DNA of 63,290 bases, the filler included, from Perkinsus chesapeaki ATCC PRA-425 (taxonomy: Eukaryota; Protista; Perkinsozoa), in the NCBI GenBank assembly GCA_013115145.1. It is 6 parts of 6 records of this genome, joined end to end, with 100 filler letters (N's around TTAATTAATTAA, not from the genome) between each part and the next. Parts side by side here need not be neighbours in the genome. Positions count along the whole stretch, not along the records: positions 28,189 to 39,308 come from JAAPAO010000859.1; positions 39,409 to 56,580 come from JAAPAO010000687.1; 4 more parts are not named here. The stretch is one strand, 5' to 3'. Made by a program: the position numbers and the translations under genes. The notes under the pieces are model-generated. The model was given only the letters and a program-made list of their open reading frames with translations. It was not told the DNA's origin and did no database searches. Positions 37,217 through 51,153 of the stretch are shown in pieces; the stretch's first letter is position 1, and every line of letters starts with the position of its first letter.

Positions 37217-38307
37217 GTTTTTCCGATTATTGTAATGTTATTCTGTTGAAGGAGTAATTTTGAGTTGAGAGTTGTCACATCTGACTCCCTTTGAAGCAAG
37301 GCTTTCGTGGCATGATGCATGAATCCTATTCCGAGCATTCCTAATACTAGGCTTCGCTCAACACGTAATTTCCTTTCGTTCACAAGAGTACTCTTGACAA
37401 AACCCTAAACCGTGATGAGGAGTTGTATACCTTTCCACCCTAATGGAGGTTTAGTCAATACAATAATGTATTCGACTTCGATGATCCATTTACTCTTTTA
37501 AGAGTTATTGGGTGTGGGTATTGCTGAGCGGTTTAACGAGATGTTCAGTTCGTTTTCTAGACAATTTACCGACACTCAATGCTGTAAAGTTCCTCTAGGG
37601 AGCGAATCGACAATATAGGTGTAGATCGTCATCATTCTCATCAGAGGAAATGATTAATAACCAGTACCGGTTATAAGCGGTAAAACCAACACGTGGGCCA
37701 CAAGAAAAATGACAAAGAAAGTCCGGATACATCAACTCTCATCGCGAGACTCTCCCCAGTGCACGCGATGCCGAAAGCGGAAAGGTTGCGAAAGCTAGGT
37801 TGGGCTAGTCTCAATTTTTCTCAGGAACACCCCGTGTGCCGAGTAATGAAAGGCAGACTACAGTTTCAACCGACAAAACGCGAAAACGCGACGATAACCG
37901 AAACCGGACTCTCGAGACGCAACGGAAACCACAAGCGGAAGCAGCCAATACAGCTGGATTCTGGCGATGTGACCGCAAGCAGTGGCATACCACCTTGTGA
38001 CTCTCGACCAAGTCTAGTTTATTATCCCGCCAACGACGTCCCTGATGAAGAGCCTCTGATTCTAACTGGAAACTGAGTGAGTGTGAGTCATAAGGACGCT
38101 CATGACTCAGCCATTACACTAGTGCGGCGCTAGTAGTGCCATCGGTGAGGGACAGCAGTATCGGTCACCCACGTGACGGGATCTTCAGGGCTTCACGTCA
38201 CCCGTCATTACCAATGATACCCTGGCTGCAGAGCTGCACTCGTCATATATAAGCAGTTGGCCAATTCAGCTTGATCGAGAGTGTAGCATTCGTGTCGGTT
38301 GACCGTT

Positions 38308-38908
38308 ATGCCGGTGCTACAAATTATCTTCTTCGTTACGACCTTCAGCTGTGCTGCCACCCAGCTAGTCTTTCATGAACACTGGTAAGATACTGTTTGA
38401 GATCCCCCACGATAATGCAAACTTTTCAGGCATCCTTTTGTCAGGCCGCAGTTGGCTAGTGAGAGTAATCCACATACTACGGTTGCTGTGTGATAAGCAT
38501 CTATATTTAGGCCCGTGCTACGTCAAGCCAACTGGTACTTGTGATGCCGAAGGTCACGGATGCTCGTGTGAGAAACCTTGTTCCCCCATTGTGTATAGTG
38601 TGAGACGGTATTTAACAAAACGCGCTAATGCGTTTCGAAACTTAGGAAGAAGGGCACGTTATCGGAGTTGTGTGCTCAGCTGATTGTTCCGGTGGCCGTG
38701 CCTGCCCCCCCTACCCTCAGAAGTCCCCTAAGTGCATGGAACTCGGCACAGTATCCACCTGTGGAATCCAGTGCTCTTCGGACAAGGTGAGAGACCCAAC
38801 TACACTTGTCGGGAGCTATCAAGAGTGCCCTTTCAGGACTGCCCGGAGAAGGCGTACTGCCAGAATTTTGGAGAGTCATATCCGAGCATGTGTATGTACA
38901 AGCAATGA
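38308..38908 (+). CDS. Small secreted Cys-rich protein, 5 exons (about 123 aa)
   Basis: Exons 38308-38384, 38430-38458, 38511-38597, 38680-38786 and 38837-38908, all GT-AG and in phase: MPVLQIIFFVTTFSCAA...PCYVKPTGTCDAEGHGCSCEKPCSP...TCGIQCSSDKDCPEKAYCQNFGESYPSMCMYKQ. Confidence 0.8.
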
Positions 38909-39308
38909 TGTATCGGGCAGCTCCAGCAAGCTCATCGCAGCATAGTCTGGTTTATGTGTAACCTTCCTATCACGGGTAAATCGTCGGCAATCACTTATTT
39001 CGATCATTTATTTACCTAGGACATGCATCTCTTGTGTTTTTTTCTGAATTGTCAATCTGCTTTCAATGGTAGATCCCGGAATGAACTCAACTTACGGTAG
39101 TTCTCAATCGGGGTCCTTGAAAAAATTCGAGCAAGAAGTTAAACAACTCCTAAAGTTAAGGTACCTGTGTTAGTTCAAACTCTAACAAATACAGCTTTCC
39201 TAATAAACGATAAATAATTGAACGATTCCGCTTAGCGAAATTCCCATGATGCAGAGGTCGGGAATGTGAACAGTAGATGGTTGAACTCTGACATGAATAG
39301 TATATACT

Positions 39309-39408
39309 NNNNNNNNNNNNNNNNNNNNNNNNNNNNNNNNNNNNNNNNNNNNTTAATTAATTAANNNNNNNNNNNNNNNNNNNNNNNNNNNNNNNNNNNN
39401 NNNNNNNN
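39309..39408. other. Artificial contig spacer
   Basis: 44 N + TTAATTAATTAA + 44 N. Confidence 0.99.
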
Positions 39409-39444
39409 TATCATCATAACACTAGAAGCCCACATAGAAGCCTG

Positions 39445-40533
39445 ACATAGCCTATTCTAATAAAATGACATTATCTACTTCTTTGCAAGAATGCCTTTGA
39501 AAACTACAAAAAACCGCTACTTTAGCCTTGCGATGCCAACTCTCTTCATGTTTAGCTGGGACTCCAGATAATTGGCAATTATCGTGAAGTCTGGTAGTTG
39601 CTATATGTCCGTTTGAGAGGTTGAGGAGATGAACAAATAACGTAGATCTCCAGCCGTCGGGACGTAACTCTCGTGAATGATACTATTAGTATCATACTAA
39701 TGAGCACATATTCAGTCGTTTATAAGATGAAGTTCAGGATTGGCATGTACTTCCTATATTTACACCCATCTCGGCTTCATGTTCAATCTTCACTCACTTT
39801 TTCGTGGATCCACCACCTGCTTTTGATATGTTGTCGAGTAACTTGTTTAGTTCTGGCATCGGCATGCTTTAGCATTCACAACCAGCATGGGCTGTTCCGT
39901 TCCGAGCTGGATGGCGTTCAGCCCAACACAGGGACAAGTTCTCCCGATGCTCTTCTATAGAGAGACGCATCACCACCAACAATTATTATTATTTCTCCCT
40001 CCCCGCTCGGTAGTTGCACCCAGACCGCCCTGGTTTCAAGTATAAAGCAAAGATATTCTCCTTGATTGGCGGCAGAGAGTGGTCCATGAGCTGCTCCAAA
40101 AGCGAGGGGTAGTTTCTATCAACATCAGGTCCCATGCCGAGCAGCGCATGTGGGCTGTTTCCGAGCGAGGGGGACTAAAGCCGGAAATTAACCCAAAGTC
40201 AATGTCCTTGAGGATTGTCCTTCCAAAACTGACGGCTCCCGAGGGCTCGAATACTGTAAAGTGTGCTACCCTATCATATTCGATGGTTGTTTGTTGAGCA
40301 GGCTTGTAAGGCTTGAAAAGACATTCTTAACACTTCAACACAAATAGCTTATCACAAGCCCATTTACCAGCGATACTCTTATAATGGGTATTCCATACCC
40401 AGACCATATAAGGAGAACCCGTGTCTACATGTGCATTCATCTCACCCGTCAACTACTACGGTTGTTGAGAGGCCAAAACCACGAGGGCTTTCACTGTCTA
40501 CGAAGCCGCATTCAAGGGGATGTCCCAGAACAT
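39445..40533 (-). pseudogene. Pepsin-like (A1) aspartic protease pseudogene
   Basis: VDG..MNAHVDTGSPY (DTGS at 40414-40425), IDFGLI, HALLGMG...PSLLEQL...IKENIFALYL, IIVGGDASLY, a second motif degraded to NIGS, and RIGY at the end. Multiple stops and frameshifts. Confidence 0.8.
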
Positions 40534-41259
40534 TGTGGTGATTTATTATTGTGAAAGGACCCCAACCACGTGACCGCAGCTATCCTGTTTGTTGTACACG
40601 ACTCGTTTTCAGCTTCATATACAGCTGCTGCTTTGCTATGAGTATATTTTACAGGTGACTCTTATAAGTTCAGTGTAGATGTTATACCGATAAGTGGATA
40701 TTATTATCATCATTCATCCCGCCAGCGTCTGTATCTACCTGCTTGTGTCTGTTATACCTGTTAACTTCTACTTCAAGACTTTAATTGATTTCGATTTGGT
40801 CGGGCCAACGGTCAAGTTAAAGTTGAGAAGATTGAATTTGGCTACAATCGTCTAGAAGTTTCACCTTGAAAGCTTCAGTGCAAGCAGCTGCAAATTTAGG
40901 AAGCTTAGTGTGGATCTACTCCACACAACTCGACAGGAAGGATTTGGACATGAAAATATGATAGTCATGGTAAAAATTGGCATCATCAAGGATGAGTCAC
41001 CTTCAACAGCAGCATGTACTATCGAAGCCTCTTCTCAGACAGACCTCTCATATTAGGTAGACTAACCATGAGATATCGAGTTATTGTATCTTTCATGCCC
41101 TTGAGAACCATATAAAGGGATTACGATTGTTGTTGAGTTGGGAGCAGTAGTGTGAATGGCGGCGCTGCAGCAGGGCCCTACTAGGATGCTTCTTATTACT
41201 GATAACTCGACAATTGATAATAGTTATGTAATCGTTCCATGCACTACAGCAGTAGATGG

Positions 41260-42194
41260 TCATGATAATTGTATATTATGATATAAATTATCAATATGAT
41301 GCTCAACATTACTTGTTAATTGTGACACATAATCTTCATAATACAGTCGACTAAATACAAGAATTAGTAGGTTCTGGTGGTATTTACAATTATTATTATT
41401 ATTATCACTTAACATTTTGATCATCTTCTTCTCTATCACGAGCAAACTCAATGAATTCAGACATTTCCTGAGCAGTTATGGAACGTAGTAGTATTGATAC
41501 AACAACAACAACAACACCTTCTCTCTAAAACCAGTATGTCCTGATCCTAAATAATCTCTCATCTCATTGCAATCGACCCATCCTTTACGTTCCGGGTCCA
41601 GAACACTGACATCATTTATTATCGACATATATAGGCAACAACAACAACGCTTACTGAAATGCTTCCAATAGGGTCTCGCTGTCGTCGGGATCATATTCAT
41701 GGTCCTTGAGACACCTTAAAATAAACTTCTGAAATCTTTCGTATGCAATTGGGTTCGATTTCGTAGATGACAATGTACTACGGTTACCGGCCTGATTATT
41801 ATTATTATTAATAATTGGTATTAATATAATTACGTCATCATCTTGAAGTTCTCTCAATACAACTTCAACTAGTTCAGTCTCTGTCGGAAATTGTCCTAGA
41901 TATCGCATTATTGTACCAATCTCCCTACCAAAATAAACATGTGTTGCCCCACGTTAATAATAATTACTCAGATGAAACTGTTCCTGTCCCCAATTTATCA
42001 AATATATTAAATGTTTTTCTTATAATATCTATCAGTTTATCGTCCTCTGTCTGCTGCTGCTGTGGCTGCTGTTGTCCCGCATTATTCGACTGTTCTCCTT
42101 CTTGTTGATTATTATTATTATCGTTTTGGGTGCTATTCGTATTATCTACTTCGTTTTTAATAATTGTATCATTATTAGGTTTATTGTCAGACAT
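41260..42194 (-). CDS. EFCAB2: EF-hand protein, EFCAB2/DRC8-like (dynein regulatory complex), multi-exon
   Basis: IRKTFNIFDKLGTGTVSSE|EIGTIMRYLGQFPTETEL...YERFQKFILRCLKDHEYDPDDSETLLEAF...VLDPERKGWV...YYEDYV. The CalM-like layout with LGxxPTExEL is typical of EFCAB2. Confidence 0.75.
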
Positions 42195-42508
42195 TATCAA
42201 TATTAATGGACTTTTGATGGATCGATAATCTTGACAGAACTCAACATTATACACTAACGTATGAACAACACCACCAACTGAAGGCACCAAGCCTGATACT
42301 ACAAAGGCAAATAAGCCTACTGTGAGTAGAACAACAAGAAGAAGAAGAGTTATGCCCCTTGAGAGAGGATGGGATCACAAAATTGATACATCATCTAATA
42401 AAGAGGCCGCCGCCGCCACCACCCCCCACCCCCTACCATCAATAGTTGTACAATAGCTCATTGATATTAATATTATCATTCCTCTTTTTCTTATTCTTGT
42501 TGTTGATG

Positions 42509-45500
42509 TTATAGCAGGTTTCTGTTGTTATGTAGTTTGGTAAGTGCTATATAACTATCACCAATTTTATTATATGGCGATAATAGTACACCAATAGTGG
42601 CTGAATGTATAGGATGACCTCGCACTGATTGGATATATTCCCCTAAATAGTATAAATATATATTAAACATCCTCCTAACAATCATTATCATCCTACAGTC
42701 CTTACTTTTGTGGTGGTGGTTGTTGTTGTGGCTTGACATAGCTAAACCATCACCACCATTATCATCTGATTCACCGTCAGGATGCCCCACGGTTGTTGTT
42801 GTTGCTGGCTGATCTTCCTCTTCCTCCTCCTCCTCTGCCGTTTCATCAACAACTGTATCCTCCATAATAGATCCTGCATCACTTCTATCGTTAAGGTCAT
42901 CATCTAACGATGCGATGCCGCCACCGCCGCCACCGCCGGCAGCAGCAGCAGGAGATGGATTATTATAGGTCGCTAGAGGGGGGAGTGAAGCAGGCTGCTG
43001 CTGCTGCAGCATACCACCATCTTGATGACTCTGATGAAAAGATACATGTTATTGTTGTCGACATTTTATTACTCTTGTAGGGGGCCGCACTATTATATTT
43101 CGTATTATCCTACTTAACATTGTTGACATAGTATTATTATGTTGTTCTGCAGCAGCAGCATTGAATGTTGTTAATTGTGGGCTTAGTCTATTATCTCCTT
43201 GTGGGTTATATTGACAGTTATTATTATTTATGTTATTATCTGTATTATAGTCATTAATAATGGAATGCGATAATAAACCAGATAACGATACAACACCTAA
43301 TAACGATGATGATGCAGCAGCTGCAGCTGCACGATGATTGCATTACTATTATAATAACCATCTAAAAATAATTACCTTTATCAGATCCATCATCAACACT
43401 CATTATTCGATAATAGTTCTCATCGGTACCAGCAGTTACGAAATTACAACCATCAGCAAGATAAACACTACGTCTGTAGTTAGTACGAGAATGTAGTGCT
43501 TTAATGTCAACCCTTAATAATGGTAATGATGATGATGACTGAGTATTGTTGTTGTTATGGAACCTTAAATCAAATTGTATAATACGATCATCTAAACCAG
43601 AGCATAATAAATGTGTATCATTTTTATTAAATGTACACATAACGTTTAAACAACCAGTATAAGCTGTAAAGATTGACGTTGATGATGATGAACCTGTTGT
43701 TGTTGGCGTCTGTTGTTGTTGTTGACGTAAATCCCATATTTTACAAGTATGATCGAATGAGCTTGTTGCAAATATATGAGGATGATTGTTTGAGAATCTT
43801 ATAATATTAATAAAGTGTGAATGGACATCATTCAACATTGATATCTTTTTACCAGTAGTTAAATCAAATAATGCAACTGTTGGTACAAATCCACTTGTCA
43901 TAAAGTAATCATCAGTAGAGTTAATCGATATTGAACTAAGATGCTTAAATGTTGATGTTCTTTGTGCTGTTATTAATGATTTATCATATTTTATATAACC
44001 AACATTACCAGATGGTGATGCACCATATATTGCTGTATTAGGTGTATGATTTAACCACGCTAACCCTAATATAGGACTATCATCAACTTTTATACTGCTT
44101 ATACATTCATCAATATCACTATTAATAATACTTATATGTCCAGATCTATGCCCAGTAAGTATTATATTATCATATGTTGGATGGAACTCAAATTGTCTAG
44201 TATCTCTACTGGATATAAGAAGCCTCTTATCTGCATTCAGGGATGTACTTCTTGTTGATGTGGCGGCTGTATTTGGTCGGATTCCATGTCGTAATGGATG
44301 GATATCTTCACTGCTGGAGGATTCATTATCACTACTTAATGATGATGATGATGATACTGCATCATCATCTTCATTATCTATATCAGCTCTTAAACGATAC
44401 CCAGGACCTTTTATCCGGGAGTTATAGTTTCCAATGAACGAGGTAATGCTGCTGTTGCTGCCGTGATAATCAAGGTCTTCACAAATGCTGCTACTTCTTG
44501 CATCCTCTTCTTCATCCTCATCATCACTAGTAGAATCACTATATGAATAGCTGTTAGTGTGAATATCTGTTAAATGCTGCTGCTGCTGGTGGTGGTATTG
44601 CTCTGTATTATTAGATCTTATATCATTATGATCATTTACTCTATCCCATAACATTAATAAATCACCATCACTTTCATCACTGTCATCATCATTATGTCTG
44701 TTATCAATCCTTGTTGTTGTTGGTATATTTATTAATGTAGATATGCTTTCACGCCATATAACAGCTATATGAGCAGCAGCAGTAGAAGCAGAAGCATCAT
44801 CAGCTTTCTGGTCGGTATATGGTCGTATAATCCTCAATTTCAGTAACTCGGATGATACCCATTTTAAATCATTAAGTAACTTCATTGCCTTTATTTTTGT
44901 TATATATTCCACCGTTATACTATTAATTATTATATCATCATCTGTTGTTGGTAATACACCCTCTGGTGCTAATACAACAACATCAATAATATCAAGTGCT
45001 TGATGATGACGACGACGATGCTGCTGCTGCTTTAAGGTTGTAATTATCTTATCTGATAGATCATTAAATGTATCATGACGATTAATATTTAACCAATGAC
45101 GTTCTTCTTGTTCTTGTTGTTGTTGGTTTATTATATCTATACCAACTAACCATCCATTCATATGATTGTCACATGCATATAAACATCTTGGTACTGCTAC
45201 TTCCCTATCTTCATCATCTTCAATAAATGATTCACCATCATCATCATCATCCGTTAATAATGACGATCGCCTGATTGTACTAGATGCTGATGCAGAAGTG
45301 TCAGTCCTTCTCCTTGGTAGTGCTGGGGGGGCGGAAGAAGTATTACTAACATCATCATCTGCAGTAGTAGTAGTCTCAGACCTATGGTATGTATTATACA
45401 ATGCATCTCTAATAGATGATCTTCGACGATGATGTCGATGATGATGCTGATGAATGTGTATTGTTGTTGTTGATTGTTGTTGTTGTAATATAGGTGGTAT

Positions 45501-46222
45501 CGATTTACTCCTTTTAACAATAGCTGCCCCTATTCTTGATAATAATGATGATCTTCTGCGTAATGGTGGCATTGTTGTTGTTTTATAAGGTGGTAATGAC
45601 CAATATACTTCATTATTATCCTTATTATTAATAGGTAGTTCCATTACAATATGCCCTCCTGGTATAATACTATTTACTATATTACCTACTACAATGACTA
45701 ATATTATTAAACTAATACTATTACTACCAGGACGATTAAACGGTTGGGATTCAGATGTAACATATCTTAATCGACATGTTGATGTGATTATTAAATCATT
45801 TAATATATTATATACTTTATCATTTGACAAAGTTTTTATAAATATACTAATAATGATAACATCGCATAAGTGTACCCAAACTTTAGCATTATCTTTATCC
45901 TCTTTAACATGTTTTAATAAATATTTTTTCCAGTCAAAGAAGCCTCTAGTTTGTGCTAAACCATTATAATAATCTCCTTTTATTATTGTCAATCCTTTCT
46001 TATATATACTCATACCGTACCATACTAAAATGCAGTATAATACTAACTTGACCATCACAACAACTACTTACCATTAGGTTGATCCATAATATTATTTATA
46101 TATTTATTTATCATCATAATATTAACTAGTTCTATTGGTTCAAATAACATCATACCATTTGTTATTACTATATCTAATACATCTATTAATGTAGGAGGGG
46201 GAGATGACGATGCATTCATCAT
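42509..46222 (-). CDS. WD40-repeat protein with a long low-complexity N-terminal region, multi-exon
   Basis: Largest ORF 43362-46058, with WD blades (HSHFINIIRFSNNHPHIFATSSFDHTCKIWD; LLCSGLDDRIIQFD). GT donor near 43378; downstream exons end with YIQSVRGHP. Confidence 0.85.
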
Positions 46223-46382
46223 CACGACATAGGACAAGAGGAAGAAGATGACACAATGAGATGTCTCCTCCACAATTTGTCAAATAATCTTCAATTCGAC
46301 GATATCGCGCTCGCCATTGTAATCGATTTGGCCATTGTGTAGTGTGTGACGGCGGTTTAAAGTTAGAATCTTGGTTGTAGTG

Positions 46383-47162
46383 ATGGATGATGATGGATGG
46401 ATAACAGTTAAGTTAACTAATAATAGAAGGGCTAATAGGAGGGTTGTTCGTACAAGTATGGCAAATAATATTATTAATAGGGAATTAACTAATGTTGTTA
46501 AGGATGATAATGATACGATGACAGATGATGAGGTTAAATATTGGATTAAACGTGTTGAAGAATGTGTTGATGAGATATTAATATCAGATTTATGGAATAA
46601 TAAATTAAAGGATATAATAAGGATAATAGATACTATTAAATGTTATGGTATAGGATCAATACATCGATCAATACCTTCACTTTATCAATTTGCACTTGCT
46701 GTTATTATTAAAAGGTATATTAGTAATTCAGGTAGTGAATCTATTAAAGCTACTATAACCGATCCATGTATGGATAATGGTGATAAGTCTATAAGTGAAG
46801 CATTTGGGTTTAGTGTTAGCATTGAAGAAGATAATATAAATGGGGATGATGATGGTAGTAGTAGGATATTATTATTTATGCCACACTGTGATAGAAGGCT
46901 TTATATAGATATATTAAATAGACATAAAAGTATTCTATCTAATATAAGTCTTATTGGCAATAGCTTTAATAATTATATCTTGACACCACCTGATGGTTAT
47001 ACCAGATTAGATGGTTTTGTTGATGAATATCCAATTGATAATAATGTTATTGTTAGTAAATCATCATCACCTTGTATTGCTGCATTTAATGATCTATCTT
47101 ATATAACATTCCCTAAAGATAATATTAATAATATACTTCAACAATTACTAGGAACTGCTTAA
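46383..47162 (+). CDS. SRR1-domain protein (SRRD-like), single exon
   Basis: IKCYGIGS, SLYQFAL, LLFMPHCDRRLY, LIGNSF and AFNDLS: the conserved SRR1 blocks in order. Confidence 0.9.
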   Translation: MDDDGWITVKLTNNRRANRRVVRTSMANNIINRELTNVVKDDNDTMTDDEVKYWIKRVEECVDEILISDLWNNKLKDIIRIIDTIKCYGIGSIHRSIPSLYQFALAVIIKRYISNSGSESIKATITDPCMDNGDKSISEAFGFSVSIEEDNINGDDDGSSRILLFMPHCDRRLYIDILNRHKSILSNISLIGNSFNNYILTPPDGYTRLDGFVDEYPIDNNVIVSKSSSPCIAAFNDLSYITFPKDNINNILQQLLGTA

Positions 47163-47243
47163 ACATTCATAACAACATCATCATCTTCTTCTTGATAATT
47201 ATTAGTTGTGCATAGTAATTATTAATTATTATATTATATCATA

Positions 47244-48624
47244 ATGCCCTTAATACAACTACTACCGTTACGGGTATCAACCAGTCTTAATAAGAAGGAT
47301 AGTATTATGATGAATAATGATAATACAGTTATGGATGATAAGCATTGTGATAATGAGTACACTAGTACTATAGCAGCAGCAGCCGCAACAGCTGTAACAG
47401 CACCGTGTACACCGTCTGGGTAAGCAGCAGTGATAATAATAACTAGTACTATTTTATCATTATGTGCAGTGATCCACTAATTGATGGTGGTAATATTATT
47501 GAAATAGAATTGAGTAAAGCAATTGGTAGTAAGATTGGTGTATATTTACATAGTCGTAAATGTAAATCATCATGGACTAATCCACGAATGATAGCATTAG
47601 TAATACAACCAGGAAGAGGAGCAATAGTTGGGGATAGTCTACGGTAATAGTAGTAGTAGTAGTAGTAGTAGTAGTAAGAGTTGTTGTAGTTTATTATTAT
47701 TATAATCACAATACAGTTGAATCTTATTAGACCTGGTGATGAGATTATTCGTATAAATAATATAATGGTTAATGATGATAATATACGTAATATGTTAAGG
47801 GATATAAGACCATTAACTAGGGTACTAGTAATAGTTATAATAGTTATAATATTAATAGTAGGTTAAGATTGATATAATAAGAAGGTTGTCATCATCATCT
47901 TTGCCATTATGTCATTGTTGTATACTTGATCCATCAACAACATCATCAACATCATCATCAACAACAACATTACCAATAAAACAACAACAACAGTAACCAA
48001 AAGGAATGTTATAATAGCATTGTTATTATTAGGACAACAACAACAGCAACCTCATCATCATTATCATTATCGTCGCGTTACCGTAGAAGCTCAACAATAT
48101 CACATCATCATCATCAAGTGTGCCTCCCTCCATCATGTTGTGATAATGTTATTATTAATGATACTTGTCATGCTTTATATGATAATACATTTATACCATC
48201 AACAACAACAACTACAGCGTCATCTAAGGCTAGTAACCGTTTAAGATCTGTATTACATGGATCGTTTCTATCATTCTTAAAACGTAAAAGGAGCAATTTA
48301 ACAACAAATAAAAAAGTATGCGATGAAACTAATGATGGAGTTATTGGATCATCATCATCATACAATCGTCGTAATTCAGTTATTGGTAATTGTTATGATA
48401 TCATGGCCACCAATGATCGTGATGGTTGTGGTGTGGATGGTGGTGGTGGTGTATCACGACAAAAAAGTGATATATGGAAGGAACTAGTTGCACAACATCA
48501 TGGTCAAAGTGTTAGAACTGTTGATCTTAAAGAAATGTCTAAAAATGGTGATAGATGGTTTAGAAGGTCTAATTCCGAAGCACTAACAACAAGAAGAACA
48601 ACAATTGACAACATCTCATCATAA
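47244..48624 (+). CDS. PDZ-domain protein, multi-exon
   Basis: IEIELSKAIGSKIGVYL...IALV...GRGA...|LIRPGDEIIRINNIMV, joined across GT-AG introns; low-complexity tail. Confidence 0.65.
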
Positions 48625-49031
48625 TAAGCGGGTATAATAACTATTATTATAGATGATGATGTTATTATTATTATGGTAGTAGTATTGTGTAGTTCATTAT
48701 TATGTATTATTATATGCCATATTATTAATGTAGCCATCTTCATGTTATTATGCATGTATTTAATATTGAATTGTTGTTGTGTTGTTATTGTTGTAATTAG
48801 TAACACAATAACATTGGGTACATCATGGATAAAGTGATATTAATAATTTACGTATTAAATCAATATACATATCATTATTATACCATATTTTACTATTATT
48901 ATCAACAATACTTGGTTCAACCCACATCCACCAGCCATGCTCACCAACTTCATTAAAAAAACGTTCTACCATTCTAGCTGTAAACCTATAATATAAATAA
49001 TAGAAGAAATAATAATAAAGACACAGAAATG

Positions 49032-51107
49032 CTACCTAGTAGTAGTTGTTGTTGGTGTTGTATTATTATTGACTTTTAATAATAAATCAATACAACATTC
49101 ATCACCATTTATTGTCTCAACTATCCAAGAGTAATTACCGTTGTTATTATTGAGTATCATCTCATTATGATTATCTATTATAGTTCGTTTCATAACACCA
49201 AATGCAGGTGCTTTAGAAAGAGCCCTTAAGTTGAGCATAGGCCACGATGGTATGGCATGTTTAAGTAATGATACTGGTATTGATGATGATGATGTTATAT
49301 GATGATATTGATGAGGTATTACCTCATCAATGAAATAAGGATGGTTAATAAAAACACTAATTGATTCTAATCTATTAAATGATATATCAATAAGATCAAT
49401 TAATAAAGGATTGATAAGAGATGGTGAAGGTAAGAGTGATAACAATGCGCCCCAGTGTATCTGACATCATCGTCATTAATAAGACATTATATAAAATAAT
49501 AGTATATCAGAGTAAGCCTTCTCGACTTGATGATGATGACTATAATGATGAGCTATACTAATAGTAATACTCACCCTTTGATGTTTCCTAATAATATCAG
49601 TTATATCATCAAATGAAGCGTAACCATGTATATTGATAGTAAGTAATACTAATGCAATACTCCATATATCAACAAGCATAGGGCAACAACTTGGACCTTG
49701 TGGATGACTAAAATAAATATAACAAATACAATAATCTTAATAATAATGAGAGGAAGAATGCCTTACAGATATTGAGGAGTAGAATGTTCAAACTTATTAG
49801 GAACTTCAGATGAAGTTAAACGTATAATAGATCCATAATCACCAAGTCTTATACGACCATCACTTCTGCCAACTAATAGATTATCACATTTGATATCACC
49901 ATGAAAGTAACGATCATTAATATCATCTGATACAATAATAATAACAACAACAACCATAACAATAAAATCATCATCACAATCCTTACCTGCTCCATAAAGG
50001 CATATCGCTAGTTCTCTCAAGTCTCTGGCAATACTTCTCTTAATATTATCATTAAATGCTTCATTTTTATGTCTATCCATGATTTCGGTTAAATTACCAC
50101 CAGTACACAGCTCAGTGATAACAGCTGATACTCTACCACTTCTATTGTTCAGTGGACATTCCATTTTAACACCTCTGAATACTTTCAGTATTCTTACAAA
50201 ACAACCACTCTCCATCAATCGTGGTGCATACTGTAATAACCTTTCTGATAATGTTAATTCCTTCTCTACTTCACCTATACGATACATTATTTCATTATCA
50301 GATGATGGTCTACGTCCAGATGGTGAGTCTTTAGAGGAATAAAAAGTTTTAATAAAAACATGATATGGATCATCTGGTGGATGCGGGTCATTATCAATAC
50401 CAATCCAACCCCTAGCAAAACCACCGCAACCAACGTATCGTATTAATTGATATCTACCCACTAATAGACCTAGTTGAGGGACTTGGGTCGAGGAGTCCCA
50501 CGTCAGTCGATTATTAGGAAATGAAAATAATGAGTTACTTGGTAATACACCAAGCTCATCATCACCATCATCAACATTATCATCACCACCGAGGGTATCT
50601 TTTCGTGCTGTTGTTGTTGATATCCTTCTTGTTGTTGTTGTTTGCTTTGATACAAAATTAGTATGATACTTCTCTCTATGTACATGATATATGAGCTGTG
50701 ACCACCACCAATATAAATTCATTTTACATACTCTATTTAATATACTATTATTATTTGGTAAAGTAATACGATCAAGTGCTGACCATATGCATGATGTTGA
50801 TGATATAGGACCAATAATATTATTAGTTATTAAATCTTCGGCAACTTTACGTATAACATCACCATTAGCAATAACATTATACATACCTAAACACTTAATA
50901 ATTATTATAATAGTAGTATTACCAGCAGCAACAGCAACAGCAACAGCACTAGCACTTGCTGCTACTAATACCTATAAGGACTTTATCTTCATCCACTTTA
51001 ACTTGGACATCATCATCATCATTAGTGGAGGATAGTATCATATCATTGTTATTTAATAATGTTCTTCTTCTTCTTGTTGTTGTTGGTCTATTAATATGTG
51101 GTGTAGC

Positions 51108-51153
<46 letters not shown>

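Noticed and set aside
37693-38076. 127-aa GTG-start ORF, and nearby GIAERFN resembling an integrase motif
   Set aside because: No ATG and no coherent domain; the integrase-like words are not in a consistent frame or spacing.
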